The notes under the pieces: generated by a model
The model's input: the letters and a program-made list of their open reading frames with translations, nothing else
Told to the model about the DNA's origin: nothing
Database searches by the model: none
Translations under genes and position numbers: made by a program
In this document: in pieces, positions 1 to 9,274 of the stretch
Layout: every line of letters begins with the position of its first letter
Position numbering within the stretch: position 1 is the stretch's first letter
Origin: Candidatus Nezhaarchaeota archaeon
GTDB taxonomy: Archaea > Thermoproteota > Methanomethylicia > Nezhaarchaeales > WYZ-LMO8
DNA: 64,000 nt
Direction: 5' to 3'
NCBI GenBank assembly: GCA_030055465.1
Contig: JASFYF010000001.1
Location: 958,581-1,022,580 of the forward strand

Positions 1-495
1 GTGTACTTTGCTCCTTTAGCGCCTATAATACGATGCTGGGTGTACCATACTAGGTGGAGAGGTGTTGACCCAGGCTCCCTCTCGGGGAGATGCCCCCTAG
101 AGGCTAGAGAAAGAGATGTCGAGCTAATTTCGAGGGAACTGCTTGAAACGGAACTATTCGATCCCGCAAGGGTTGGCGTAAGGGGTGCAACGGTGCACGG
201 CCACTCTCTGAGGCTTGACGAGAACGGTTTGATGTTCGATATGCAGAGGAGGTACAAGTACGACCCCAGCAAGGGCGAAGTCGTCTACGTTAAGGATCAG
301 AGCGGCAAGCCATTGGACAAACCGGTGTACGTAGGCAAGCCGTTACCAGAAGAAGAGCTGAAGAAGATGACAACTCAGTTTAGGGTCGACTACATATCAT
401 TGAGGGATGACGCCGAGGTCATGGAGTTCGTGCAGAGACTACACTGGCTTCGAACGCTTGCAGGTGCAGATCCCAACCTAGCAAAGAATGTTTAA
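1..495 (+). CDS. mcrG: methyl-coenzyme M reductase gamma subunit, C-terminal part (5' end outside window)
   Basis: ORF is open at the window edge. The 164 aa contain an McrG-like segment (RGATVHGHSLRLDENGLMFD). It lies directly upstream of mcrA, as in mcr operons. Confidence 0.9.
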   Translation: MYFAPLAPIIRCWVYHTRWRGVDPGSLSGRCPLEARERDVELISRELLETELFDPARVGVRGATVHGHSLRLDENGLMFDMQRRYKYDPSKGEVVYVKDQSGKPLDKPVYVGKPLPEEELKKMTTQFRVDYISLRDDAEVMEFVQRLHWLRTLAGADPNLAKNV

Positions 496-537
496 ATCAT
501 GAAATATGAAAGTCGTTAATTGGAGGTGTGATGTGGT

Positions 538-2205
538 ATGACTACCCAAGAAAGGAAGTTCATGGAGGCGCTGCGCAGGAAGTTTAAGGAGTCTCCTGAA
601 GAGAAATACACTAAGTTTTACGTGTACGGTGGCTGGAAGCAGTCGAAGAGGAAGATCGAGTTCTTCGAGTGGAGCCAGAAAATAGCTAAAGAAAGAGGCA
701 TACCGATGTACAACCCAGACCTCCACCTAGGTGGAGGACCTGGCCAAAGAGTGCTGATGCCCTACCAGATATCGGGAACCGACATATTCGTGGAGCCTGA
801 CGACCTTCACTTCGTCAACAACGCCGCCATGCAGCAGATGTGGCATGATATAAGGAGGACTGTCATAGTTGGGTTGGACGCTGCCCATACTATACTCACC
901 CGAAGGCTAGGCAAAGAGGTTACCCCTGAAACCATAAATCACTACCTAGAGGTCTTAAACCACGCACTGCCCGGTGCTGCCGTAGTTCAAGAACACATGG
1001 TTGAAACTCATCCAGCCATAGTGTCCGACAGCTATGTAAAGGTCTTCACGGGCGATGATGAACTAGCCGACGAGATAGATGACAGGTTCCTCATAGACAT
1101 AAACAAAGAGTTCCCGGCAAACCAAGCAGCCCAGCTTAAACCTGCTATAGGTAAAAGGATCTACCAGGTTCTAAGGATGCCCACAATAATAGCGATGACA
1201 TGCGATGGTGGTACCATGTCACGATGGGCTGCAATGCAGATCTCGATGGCAATGATAAATGCATACAGGCTAATGGCCGGTGAAGCCGCCGTCGGTGAGT
1301 TTGCCTTCGCGGCTAAGCACGCCGAAGTCCTAGAGATGGGCACGCTCATGCCTTGGAGAAGGGTTAGGAGCCCCAACGAGCCTGGAGGAATACCTTTGGG
1401 CTACCTAGCCGACATGTGCCAGGCATCAAGGATTAAGCCTGAGGATCCTGCATGGTGTGCGCTTGAGACCATAAGCATGGCGGCAGTACTCTACGATCAG
1501 TTCTGGTTCGGCAGCTACATGAGTGGTGGTGTAGGCTTTACGCAGTATGCTACCGCCACGTACACCGATAACATATTAGATGACTTCTGCTACTATGGTA
1601 TGGACTACGTGCGGAAGAAATTTGGAGGCTACGCTAAGGCAAAGCCGAGCTGGGACATCGTAAGGGACGTTGCCACCGAGATAACGATGTACGGCCTTGA
1701 AGGATATGAGAGGTGGCCAGCCGCCATGGAGACGCACTTTGGCGGAAGCCAGAGAGCCGCCTGTGTGGCTGCTGGGGCTGGCGTGACCGTGTCAATAGCT
1801 ACGGGGGTAGCCCAAGCGGGGCTAAACGGTTGGTACTTGAGTCAACTGTTGCATAGGGAATCGGCAGGCAGATTAGGCTTCTACGGCTACGACTGTCAAG
1901 ATCAATGCGGCTCCACTAACAGTTTCTCTTGGAGGAGCGATGAAGGTCTACCGTTTGAGCTAAGAGGAGCCAACTACCCGAACTATGCAATGAATGTGGG
2001 GCACCAGTCAGCTTATGCCGGAATAGTCGAAGCAGCTCACGTCGCTAGGGGGGATGCCTGGTGTGTCAACCCCTTAATCAAGGTTGCCTTTGCCGACAAG
2101 AACCTGAAGTTCGACTTTACTAGACCAAGGCTCTGCTTCGCTAAGGGAGCACTAAGAGAGTTCATGCCGGCAGGACTCCTAGATCCAATAATTCCACCTC
2201 GGTAG
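538..2205 (+). CDS. mcrA: methyl-coenzyme M reductase alpha subunit
   Basis: 555 aa with hallmark McrA motifs: [66 protein letters not shown]. Confidence 0.97.
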   Translation: MTTQERKFMEALRRKFKESPEEKYTKFYVYGGWKQSKRKIEFFEWSQKIAKERGIPMYNPDLHLGGGPGQRVLMPYQISGTDIFVEPDDLHFVNNAAMQQMWHDIRRTVIVGLDAAHTILTRRLGKEVTPETINHYLEVLNHALPGAAVVQEHMVETHPAIVSDSYVKVFTGDDELADEIDDRFLIDINKEFPANQAAQLKPAIGKRIYQVLRMPTIIAMTCDGGTMSRWAAMQISMAMINAYRLMAGEAAVGEFAFAAKHAEVLEMGTLMPWRRVRSPNEPGGIPLGYLADMCQASRIKPEDPAWCALETISMAAVLYDQFWFGSYMSGGVGFTQYATATYTDNILDDFCYYGMDYVRKKFGGYAKAKPSWDIVRDVATEITMYGLEGYERWPAAMETHFGGSQRAACVAAGAGVTVSIATGVAQAGLNGWYLSQLLHRESAGRLGFYGYDCQDQCGSTNSFSWRSDEGLPFELRGANYPNYAMNVGHQSAYAGIVEAAHVARGDAWCVNPLIKVAFADKNLKFDFTRPRLCFAKGALREFMPAGLLDPIIPPR

Positions 2206-2217
2206 ATCAACCCACCA

Positions 2218-2226
2218 TTATTTTTT
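2218..2226 (+). terminator. oligo-T tract (TTATTTTTT) 13 nt after the mcrA stop; candidate archaeal terminator
   Basis: T6 run at 2221-2226 immediately downstream of the mcrA stop (2203-2205). Archaeal termination commonly uses oligo-T. Confidence 0.4.
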
Positions 2227-2376
2227 ACGTTATGGATTTTGCCGAAACCAGGGCTCTCAGTCTTCAGCCAAATTAGTAAGCCGCGAATGCTTCAAGGCTT
2301 AAATTTTAGCGTTATAGCTTCTTCTCACATCGAGAGCTACCTTGAGGGGATCCCGTGTGTGGGCGGGCTACGGGCT

Positions 2377-4128
2377 TCAGCTGTTCGGCTGGGGGTTGGA
2401 CGTGAAACCTGAGCTTGAAGGTTGTGAGCACTTCGACCCGCTTAATAACTCCTTCTTGTAAAACCTCAAAGACGCCTTTATTGGACCCATGTAAAGCATC
2501 TCTCCGTTATCTATAACGATACCCCTATGGCATACCTCTTCAACGAGGCCGAGCTGGTGATCCACCAATACTGTGGATACGCTTAACCTAGAAACTGCGT
2601 TTTTAAGTGCATTAGCAGCTTTCCTAGCAGTTACTGGATCGAGGTCGCCGAAGGGCTCGTCGAGCAGTAAAATACTTGGGCTTGAAACAAGCGAGAGAGC
2701 CAAGGCGACCCTAACCTGCTCTCCACCCGAAAGTTCATGAGTCATCCTGTAGAGCACATCTTTGGGAAGTCTTAACGCTTCCAACAGCCCTTTAACCTGC
2801 TCTTCCACGAGCTCCTGCGGCATGGCCGGAAAAAGCTCTTTTACAATATCTTGGGTTAGGCCCAATTCTTCAAGCTTTATCTTTGCCTCCTCTGGGGGCA
2901 GCTCTGCTATTCTATGTATAGCATCCAACACCTTGACATCGATCCCCAGCTCTTTCGCCCTTCTTATAGAACCTTGAATCATGTCCCAACTTTTAATCCC
3001 AAGCCTAGAGGCGAAGAGATCTATAACCCTAGACCAGTGTGGCAGCGCGAATTCTTGGTGGAGTATCCCTATTTTCTGGCGGGCCTTCATGCTCTCTACG
3101 CCCAGCCTAGTTATGTCAATCCACCTACGGTCGCACTTGACGTGGACTTCGCCGCTCAGCGGTAGCTCAAGCCCAGCTAATATCCTCATTATAACCGTCT
3201 TACCAGAACCTGAAGGCCCAATTAACGCTGTAACCTCGCCGGTCCTAGCCTTGAAGTTAACCTCCTTGAGGGCAAACACCTCTCCAAGCGGTATGACATT
3301 ATAGCGCCTCGTGACTTTTAGCACTCTCAGAACAGGTTTAGCCCTCTTAGGCATTAATGGTTTGGGTTGGGGATCTTCAAGTCTCGATAGGAAGTTTCTA
3401 AGCAGTGTGCGGGGCCTTCCTTCTCCAACTACCCTGCCCTTGTCTAACCATATGACTCTATCCGCGAGCCTTTCGTGCATCTCAGGCATGTGAGAGGCCA
3501 TCAATATTGTGATGCCGATATCGTTTACCATTCTCAGGGCCTTTACAACCTCAAACCTCGTTTTTGGACAACTCATCGTGGCTGGCTCGTCAAGCAACAG
3601 TACCTCGGGCCTTTTCGCTATCTGCCTTGCGAGAAGGAGCCTCTGCTTCTCCCCTCCGCTGAGCGCTATGGCCCAGATATGTGATCTTTCCCTTAAACCC
3701 ACTAGACCCAGTATCTCCAAGGCCTCTTCAGCTAATTTTTGATATTCACCGGAGTCAGGGCTGGGCAGCGACTCTTCGCCATCGTACCTCCACTTCAAGG
3801 CCCTAATCACGTTGTCCAAAGCTGTCTCCGACCAAAGACCGAAAGACCTTTGAAGGTGTATGGCGGTTTTACGTTTGAGCTTCAAATAATCGTCGATCGA
3901 TGAGTCATGCCTGACAGCAACATCACCCACCTTTATGAAACCGCCATCGATTGTTTCGACGCCCCTGAGAACCCTTATTAAGGTTGTCTTACCTGAACCG
4001 CTTTCGCCTAAAAGGCCTAAGAATTCGCCTTTCTCGACGTCGAAGTTGACGTTGTCTAACGCCTTGAGTTCAAGGCCGCAGCTGGCCCTGTAAATCTTGG
4101 TTACCTCTCTAACCTCTATGAACGTCAT
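2377..4128 (-). CDS. double ABC-type ATPase, component-A2-like paralog (no membrane domain)
   Basis: 583 aa with two ATPase modules. Walker A motifs are GESGSGKT and GPSGSGKT; signatures are LSGGEKQR and LSGGEQVR. The N-terminal half resembles AtwA (LRGVE.., AIHLQRSFGLW..ALDNV) but lacks the CxxC..CxxC insert of the 10296 copy. Confidence 0.75.
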   Translation of the reverse strand: MTFIEVREVTKIYRASCGLELKALDNVNFDVEKGEFLGLLGESGSGKTTLIRVLRGVETIDGGFIKVGDVAVRHDSSIDDYLKLKRKTAIHLQRSFGLWSETALDNVIRALKWRYDGEESLPSPDSGEYQKLAEEALEILGLVGLRERSHIWAIALSGGEKQRLLLARQIAKRPEVLLLDEPATMSCPKTRFEVVKALRMVNDIGITILMASHMPEMHERLADRVIWLDKGRVVGEGRPRTLLRNFLSRLEDPQPKPLMPKRAKPVLRVLKVTRRYNVIPLGEVFALKEVNFKARTGEVTALIGPSGSGKTVIMRILAGLELPLSGEVHVKCDRRWIDITRLGVESMKARQKIGILHQEFALPHWSRVIDLFASRLGIKSWDMIQGSIRRAKELGIDVKVLDAIHRIAELPPEEAKIKLEELGLTQDIVKELFPAMPQELVEEQVKGLLEALRLPKDVLYRMTHELSGGEQVRVALALSLVSSPSILLLDEPFGDLDPVTARKAANALKNAVSRLSVSTVLVDHQLGLVEEVCHRGIVIDNGEMLYMGPIKASLRFYKKELLSGSKCSQPSSSGFTSNPQPNS

Positions 4129-4206
4129 CTCCAGGCCCTCCGGAGATAGTAGTGTGCGCCGTTAAAGCTTTAACCTCCTCGCAGGAAAAATACGTGGAGA
4201 TGTGCA

Positions 4207-4539
4207 ATGTTGAAGGAGCAGATCGAGATATTTCCCTATCGGATACTAAGCGAGAGGACCACTGAAGTACTATTGAAGAAGATATCAAAGTTAGATGGAA
4301 TAGTTGAAGCGATACCACAAGTGCTAAGATATGAAGATGGGGAAACCGTGACGAAAAGGATTATAGTGGCCCTAAACGGCACGGTCCCCACAGATAAAGT
4401 GCTTAACAAGCTAGACGAGATATGCAAGAACATGCTGCCCTTTGGTTACATGCTGAGAACAGGGGTCTTCATAAAGCCGAGGCCCACAGTCTCAGACTAT
4501 TTAAGGGGATACCCACCTCAAGGCGTAGAGGAGGATTGA
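4207..4539 (+). CDS. mcrD: methyl-coenzyme M reductase operon protein D (short form)
   Basis: 110 aa. The N-terminus is IEIFPYRILSERTTEVLLKKISKLDGI and the C-terminus is LPFGY..RTGVFIKPRPTVSDY, as in McrD. It is shorter than my recollection of classical McrD (~140-170 aa). Confidence 0.7.
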   Translation: MLKEQIEIFPYRILSERTTEVLLKKISKLDGIVEAIPQVLRYEDGETVTKRIIVALNGTVPTDKVLNKLDEICKNMLPFGYMLRTGVFIKPRPTVSDYLRGYPPQGVEED

Positions 4540-4796
4540 CCACTTGGCGAACGCCCTTCTTCAAGGGATCTAATCCTTTCTTCAAGCTTCCCAGCTATGT
4601 AGGTCCTTGCCCTCTCAAGCTCCTCTCTCTTCCCTTTAAGCACTAATGTTCGAGGATTCCAGTATATACCTTCATCTGGGGGTGGGACACGCAGCTCCAG
4701 CTCAACGATCTTGAGGTTGAACTTTTCTGCGGCTTCAACCAAAAGCGAGTAGGGTACACCTGCAGGTATCTTCATGTATACTTCTTCCTCGCCCAT
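4518..4796 (-). CDS. hypothetical protein (92 aa), convergent with mcrD and overlapping its 3' end
   Basis: ORF only; no family recognised. It overlaps mcrD by 22 nt tail to tail. Confidence 0.35.
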   Translation of the reverse strand: MGEEEVYMKIPAGVPYSLLVEAAEKFNLKIVELELRVPPPDEGIYWNPRTLVLKGKREELERARTYIAGKLEERIRSLEEGRSPSGQSSSTP

Positions 4797-5053
4797 CCTA
4801 CCTCACCGCTTCTTCAGGCTGGGAGCAAATTTAACGCATTCGGTGGAAGCCCCTTACAAAAAGGAAGGAATGAAAGCCCCATAACTGGGATTGCTCGTTG
4901 AGAGGTAGATAAGCGCTACGAAAGTTGACTCCTCCAATTGTAAGATGAATGAGCGGCTTGAAATGTCATATGGCCACCAGTATGAGGCGCGCCGCCCAGA
5001 GAACTAAATAAAGCCCGCGAAGAGAGGATTATAGCTCGAGATAGCGTTTTAGC

Positions 5054-6475
5054 TTGGAGTTGAGCATTTTGCGGCCGAGCGAAGCTAAGATCACGGTCAT
5101 ATCGCCTGAAGTCTACACTTATGGGGCTATGCTTGTGGCTGGGGCGCTTGAGGAGGCTGGTTTTAGAGCTCAACTCATTAAAGCAACACCGACCACCGAG
5201 ATCAGCAGCATCCCTCAAGCCGATGTGTACGCCATTGGGTTGTACTCTCTCCTTCACGTTATGGAGTTTAAGAATTGGATCTCTTCGCTGAAGAGAGCAC
5301 GCAAAAAGCCGATCATAGTGGGAGGGCCGGTTACCGTCGTTCCGGAAGCAGCGTTGGAGAATGTTGATTGTATAGACGCTGTAGTTGTTGGAGAAGGAGA
5401 GGGAACCGTGGTGGACCTAGTTGACTCCCTTATTTCGCGAGGGGATCTGGAAAGCGTTGATGGCATAGCCTTCAGATCTGGAGGCGATATCGTCGCAACG
5501 AATCCGAGGGAGCCGGTAGACTTGGATAATAGGCCATACCCTAAAATTCCGGACGACATATCTTACCAGAGCATTCGAGGCGCACACGTATACATGGAGG
5601 TTTTGAGGGGATGCAAAGGTTCATGTGCTTTCTGCCAAGTTCCAAGGTTCTTTGGAAGGAAGATAAGGAGCAGGCCCTTGGACAAGGTAGTGGAGGAGGC
5701 AAAACTGTTTAGAAGAAAGGGAGCAATCAGAATCGCTATAAGCGGCGGCACAACCTCGTTTTACGGCTGCGGACCTTCTTGGGTGAACGAAGAGGAGATC
5801 CGTGGGCTGCTAAGGTCCCTCAGCGAGGTTGTTGGCTCGAAGAACCTGTCTGCGCCAGACATCAGAGCTGATGCGGCTACCGATGGAATTCTTGAAGCTA
5901 TAGCTAAGTATACCATCGGTTGGATCTTCTTCGGGATAGAGTCGGGGAGCCAGAAGATGCTGGATAAAATGCTTAAGGGCTTAAAGGTAAGCGATGTACT
6001 CGACGCAGTATACAGAGCAAGGAGGCTGGGCGTTAAGCCCGCGGGCTCATTTATTGTTGCATACTCAGGAGAGACCGATGAAGATTTTCAGGAAACCCTA
6101 AGCCTAGTTAGGGACCTTCCACTCATGGACCACTTTGTAAGCATAGCTGAACCCATACTTGGCACACCTCTAGCCGAAGAGGTAGCTGAGATGGATTTAC
6201 GCGAGAACCTTCTATTCGTTGATGACTCCTCCAGCTTTGCAAGGCTTCATGGCCTTTCAGTAGCTGAAATGAGGGCTTACAGGCTCATGGTTGAGGGGTA
6301 CTATGCTAGGCTTCTTTCGACAAGCTTACATGATGAAAGGGCGTTCAAGCTGTTTTTAAACGAAGTTAAGAAGCAGGGAAAGGATATTAAGGCGTGCACC
6401 TTGGAGGTTAAGAGGATTTATTCCATGCATCGACGGAGAAGCCTCAAGACTTCATGGTCAGGCGCTACATCTTGA
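5054..6475 (+). CDS. B12-binding-domain radical SAM enzyme (class B type)
   Basis: 473 aa. An N-terminal Rossmann-like B12-binding-type domain is followed by a CX3CX2C motif (CKGSCAFC, codons 187-194, nt 5612-5635). TTG start. Confidence 0.85.
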   Translation: MELSILRPSEAKITVISPEVYTYGAMLVAGALEEAGFRAQLIKATPTTEISSIPQADVYAIGLYSLLHVMEFKNWISSLKRARKKPIIVGGPVTVVPEAALENVDCIDAVVVGEGEGTVVDLVDSLISRGDLESVDGIAFRSGGDIVATNPREPVDLDNRPYPKIPDDISYQSIRGAHVYMEVLRGCKGSCAFCQVPRFFGRKIRSRPLDKVVEEAKLFRRKGAIRIAISGGTTSFYGCGPSWVNEEEIRGLLRSLSEVVGSKNLSAPDIRADAATDGILEAIAKYTIGWIFFGIESGSQKMLDKMLKGLKVSDVLDAVYRARRLGVKPAGSFIVAYSGETDEDFQETLSLVRDLPLMDHFVSIAEPILGTPLAEEVAEMDLRENLLFVDDSSSFARLHGLSVAEMRAYRLMVEGYYARLLSTSLHDERAFKLFLNEVKKQGKDIKACTLEVKRIYSMHRRRSLKTSWSGATS

Positions 6476-6663
6476 AATCTGGTTCTTGGATGCCTAGAAA
6501 CGGCACATGAGCTTGAATGCTATCGGTGCGCGACTCATTAACTTAAATTAGAAGGCTCTAGCAGTGGTTTAGAAGGTAAAATCCAGCCGCGGAGCGGATC
6601 CAGTGGGGCAGTTGAGAACCCTTATATTGTCCTTGATTTGATGGGTAAGGGAGGTGGAATGTA

Positions 6664-6963
6664 TTGGAAAGCGTAGTTAATAGGAGGGGGCTAAGAATAT
6701 CAGTTGGATCGTTGGTTCGGTACTTGAACACCGGGACAACCGGGGTAGTTACATCAATGGAGACCATTGATGGAAGGTGTTGGGCTCTAGTGGAGCCCAT
6801 CAATCTTTGCTATGATGTGGACTACTTAGAACCCCTCGGAGAAGCAGACACAGACATGAAAGATAAGGTTAGTAAGGTTAAAGTGGATGTGGGAAAAACT
6901 CTAAAAGAGGAAGAGGACGTAATAGAGAGATCAACAGAAGTTTCACCTTCAGGTGCGGGTTGA
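6664..6963 (+). CDS. small conserved archaeal protein (tentatively DUF2098-like)
   Basis: 99 aa with the segment GSLVRYLNTGTTGVVTSMETIDGRCWALVEPINLCYDVDYLEP and an acidic tail. TTG start. Its stop overlaps the next gene (TTGA). The family name is from memory only. Confidence 0.5.
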   Translation: MESVVNRRGLRISVGSLVRYLNTGTTGVVTSMETIDGRCWALVEPINLCYDVDYLEPLGEADTDMKDKVSKVKVDVGKTLKEEEDVIERSTEVSPSGAG

Positions 6964-7565
6964 AGGGAAGACGCTTGAACGGGTTCGAAAGCTTGAAGCG
7001 CATAGCGTCCATAGTGGACGTGACAAGGGAGACCGTGGAGGCTCTTCCCCGAGAAGAGGCCCTGAGCAGGCTTAACAGGCTATACGTTAACTTTCCTAAG
7101 GTAGTAGAAGGGATAGCTGAGGCCTTTCTGAATGAAAGGTTTTTAGACGTTTACTTCAGGTTGAAGATAGAGCTGCAGCTGGTCGAAAAAAGTAACCCTC
7201 CCGTTAGACCCGCCTTGGATCCCGAGTTTGCCTTAAGGTTAAGGCTCTACTCGCTTGATGACGCAGAGGTTGGAAGGTTTCTAGGGTATCCCGAGTGCTG
7301 CATACGTAGCTTCGTGGAGGACCTGAGGCTATCTTTCGATGAGGAACATTTGCGGGAGCTATGCGAATTGAGGAGAAGAGGGTTTCGAGTTATCGCGACC
7401 GCGGGCTTTATACCCTGTAGCTTGAACTGCAGTGAGGCGATGAAACAGGGACTTTTGACGCACGTAGAAGACGACTCCAAGATAAGGCTCCTAGATGATG
7501 AACTTAAAAAGAACCTTCCCCACCCACATCCAGCATACCCAAACTTCTTCGAATACCTGTACTGA
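6960..7565 (+). CDS. Cys-motif protein (tentatively DUF483-like)
   Basis: 201 aa with GYPECCIRSF ... GFIPCSLNCSEA. It has a 4-nt overlap with the upstream gene and lies 9 nt before mmp5. Confidence 0.55.
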   Translation: MKGRRLNGFESLKRIASIVDVTRETVEALPREEALSRLNRLYVNFPKVVEGIAEAFLNERFLDVYFRLKIELQLVEKSNPPVRPALDPEFALRLRLYSLDDAEVGRFLGYPECCIRSFVEDLRLSFDEEHLRELCELRRRGFRVIATAGFIPCSLNCSEAMKQGLLTHVEDDSKIRLLDDELKKNLPHPHPAYPNFFEYLY

Positions 7566-7574
7566 AAAACGGGA

Positions 7575-8045
7575 ATGAGAGGGCCAGCTGAAATGCCTAA
7601 AAAGGTAATGATATTTCCGGTTAACAGCCTAATACTATACGACTTGGTTTCGAGGTTTGGACATCAGCCCTTGGCGATGATGTCTAAAATTGCCGAAAAA
7701 GTAAGGGATCCCGAAGTAGACAGCCCACCCATCAACATAACTTATGAGGAACCGAGACATGGATTGAAGTATTGCGCAGTCGAAGTTCCCTCAGGTGTGA
7801 GGGGTAGAATGGCGTTGCTGGGCCCTTTAATCGAGGAGGCCGAAGCCGCCATAATAGTTGACGACCCAGATATAGAGTTCGGTTGTTCCGGCTGTGCGAG
7901 GACCAACGAGCTTGTAATCCAAATGCTGCACAATAAGGGCATTCCTATACTGAGGTTGAAGTATCCTCGAAGCAGTGGTGAAGCCAGAGACTTCGTCAAG
8001 TCGATAGTTGACTTCCTCAAGAGCATTGATGGTGGTGCAAGTTGA
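7575..8045 (+). CDS. methanogenesis marker protein 5
   Basis: 156 aa with FPVNSLILYDLVSRFGHQPLA, DSPPINITYEEPRHGLKYCAVEVPSGVRGRMALLGPLIEEAEAAII and FGCSGCARTNE, matching my recollection of Mmp5. The true start is possibly the ATG at 7593. Confidence 0.7.
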   Translation: MRGPAEMPKKVMIFPVNSLILYDLVSRFGHQPLAMMSKIAEKVRDPEVDSPPINITYEEPRHGLKYCAVEVPSGVRGRMALLGPLIEEAEAAIIVDDPDIEFGCSGCARTNELVIQMLHNKGIPILRLKYPRSSGEARDFVKSIVDFLKSIDGGAS

Positions 8046-9274
8046 CAGTTAAGGTGGCTCAGATCTCTTGCGGGACCGAGTACAGCGGAGTTCAAAAGGA
8101 GATAGCTAGGGCGGCCGAAAAAACTGAGATGGAGCTGGTATTTCCTGAAGTCGATTCCAGCGATATTAAGAGAGCCATGGAGGCGATAGGCCTTTCGCCT
8201 GCAAGTTCCGGGTTAAAGGTGATGCTAGCGAGGGCCCTAGTGATAGTTGAAGGTAGAGCCGACGTCGACGGTGCAATAGTGATGACTTGCTTCAGGTGTG
8301 CTGAAGGAGCCCTCGTCAGGCACGCCATAAGGCGCTTTTTGCATGAGAAAGCACGCATACCAGTGATATCCTATTCTTTTACCGAAAGAACGAAGGCCGA
8401 AAACCTCCTTCTAAGATTTGAAGCGCTGTCAAACATGATAAAACGACGCTTCCTCCTCGCCAGGAAGAAGCATGAAGGCTTAACTATCGGGATAGACTCG
8501 GGCTCAACAATGACGAAGGGCGTAGCCATGAAGGACGGCGAAATACTGGCTTTCCACTGGCTTCCAACAACGGAAGTGGTGGTCTCAGGTTTAAAGGTCT
8601 ATAAAGAACTGCTGTCAAAAGCAAGTATATCGGAGGGAATGGTTGAGGCAGTAGGCGTAACGGGCTACGGTCGATTCATGTTAGGTAAGGAGCTTAATGC
8701 AAACCTTATGCAAGAAGAGATCACGGTGTGCTCGAAGGGTGCCTCCTTCTTGGGTAAAGCGCAAGAGGGCAACGCGACAATAATAGACATAGGCGGCGCC
8801 GACAACAAGGCAATATCAATCTACGACGGCGTTCCTTATAGCTTCACTGTTGGAGGGGTTTGCGCCGGAGCCTCCGGTCGCTTTCTCGAGATAGCTGCTT
8901 CGAGGTTAGGAGTTGACATAGAGACATTCGGCGAAATAGCATTGAAGGGCGACCCACGCAAGATAGCTATGAATGCTTACTGCATAGTCTTTGGAATGCA
9001 CGATCTCGTTACGGCTTTGGCGAGCGGGGCCAGAAAGGAGGACGTTGCAGCGGCAGCTTGCTACAGCGTCGCGGAGCAATTTTTCGAGCAGCAATTTCAA
9101 GAGGTTGAGGCTAAAGAGCCCGTCCTCCAGATAGGAGGAACGTCACTGATAAAGGGCCTCATAAAGGCGTTTGAGGACACCCTGAAGATGAAAATAGTGG
9201 TGCCCCCCTACTCCCAGTACTGCGGTGCTGTTGGTGCAGCGATACTATCCTCGGGGCTTTTGGGGAGATCCTAA
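8042..9274 (+). CDS. methanogenesis marker protein 15 (BadF/BadG/BcrA/BcrD-type ATPase fold)
   Basis: 410 aa. The C-terminal 270 aa has an acetate/sugar-kinase-type ATPase signature (GIDSGSTMTKGVAM). The unique N-terminal domain, size and context fit Mmp15. TTGA overlap with mmp5. Confidence 0.75.
   Translation: MTVKVAQISCGTEYSGVQKEIARAAEKTEMELVFPEVDSSDIKRAMEAIGLSPASSGLKVMLARALVIVEGRADVDGAIVMTCFRCAEGALVRHAIRRFLHEKARIPVISYSFTERTKAENLLLRFEALSNMIKRRFLLARKKHEGLTIGIDSGSTMTKGVAMKDGEILAFHWLPTTEVVVSGLKVYKELLSKASISEGMVEAVGVTGYGRFMLGKELNANLMQEEITVCSKGASFLGKAQEGNATIIDIGGADNKAISIYDGVPYSFTVGGVCAGASGRFLEIAASRLGVDIETFGEIALKGDPRKIAMNAYCIVFGMHDLVTALASGARKEDVAAAACYSVAEQFFEQQFQEVEAKEPVLQIGGTSLIKGLIKAFEDTLKMKIVVPPYSQYCGAVGAAILSSGLLGRS

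Noticed and set aside
2762-3742. A cluster of 60-110 aa plus-strand ORFs inside the minus-strand ABC ATPase gene. Many similar antisense ORFs occur inside long genes throughout the window, for example 1161-1376, 8092-8358, 9641-10129, 42583-43526 and 58505-59050.
   Set aside because: They lie wholly inside strongly supported genes on the opposite strand or in another frame. They have low-complexity Ser/Leu/Pro-rich translations and no recognisable motifs, so they are shadow ORFs.
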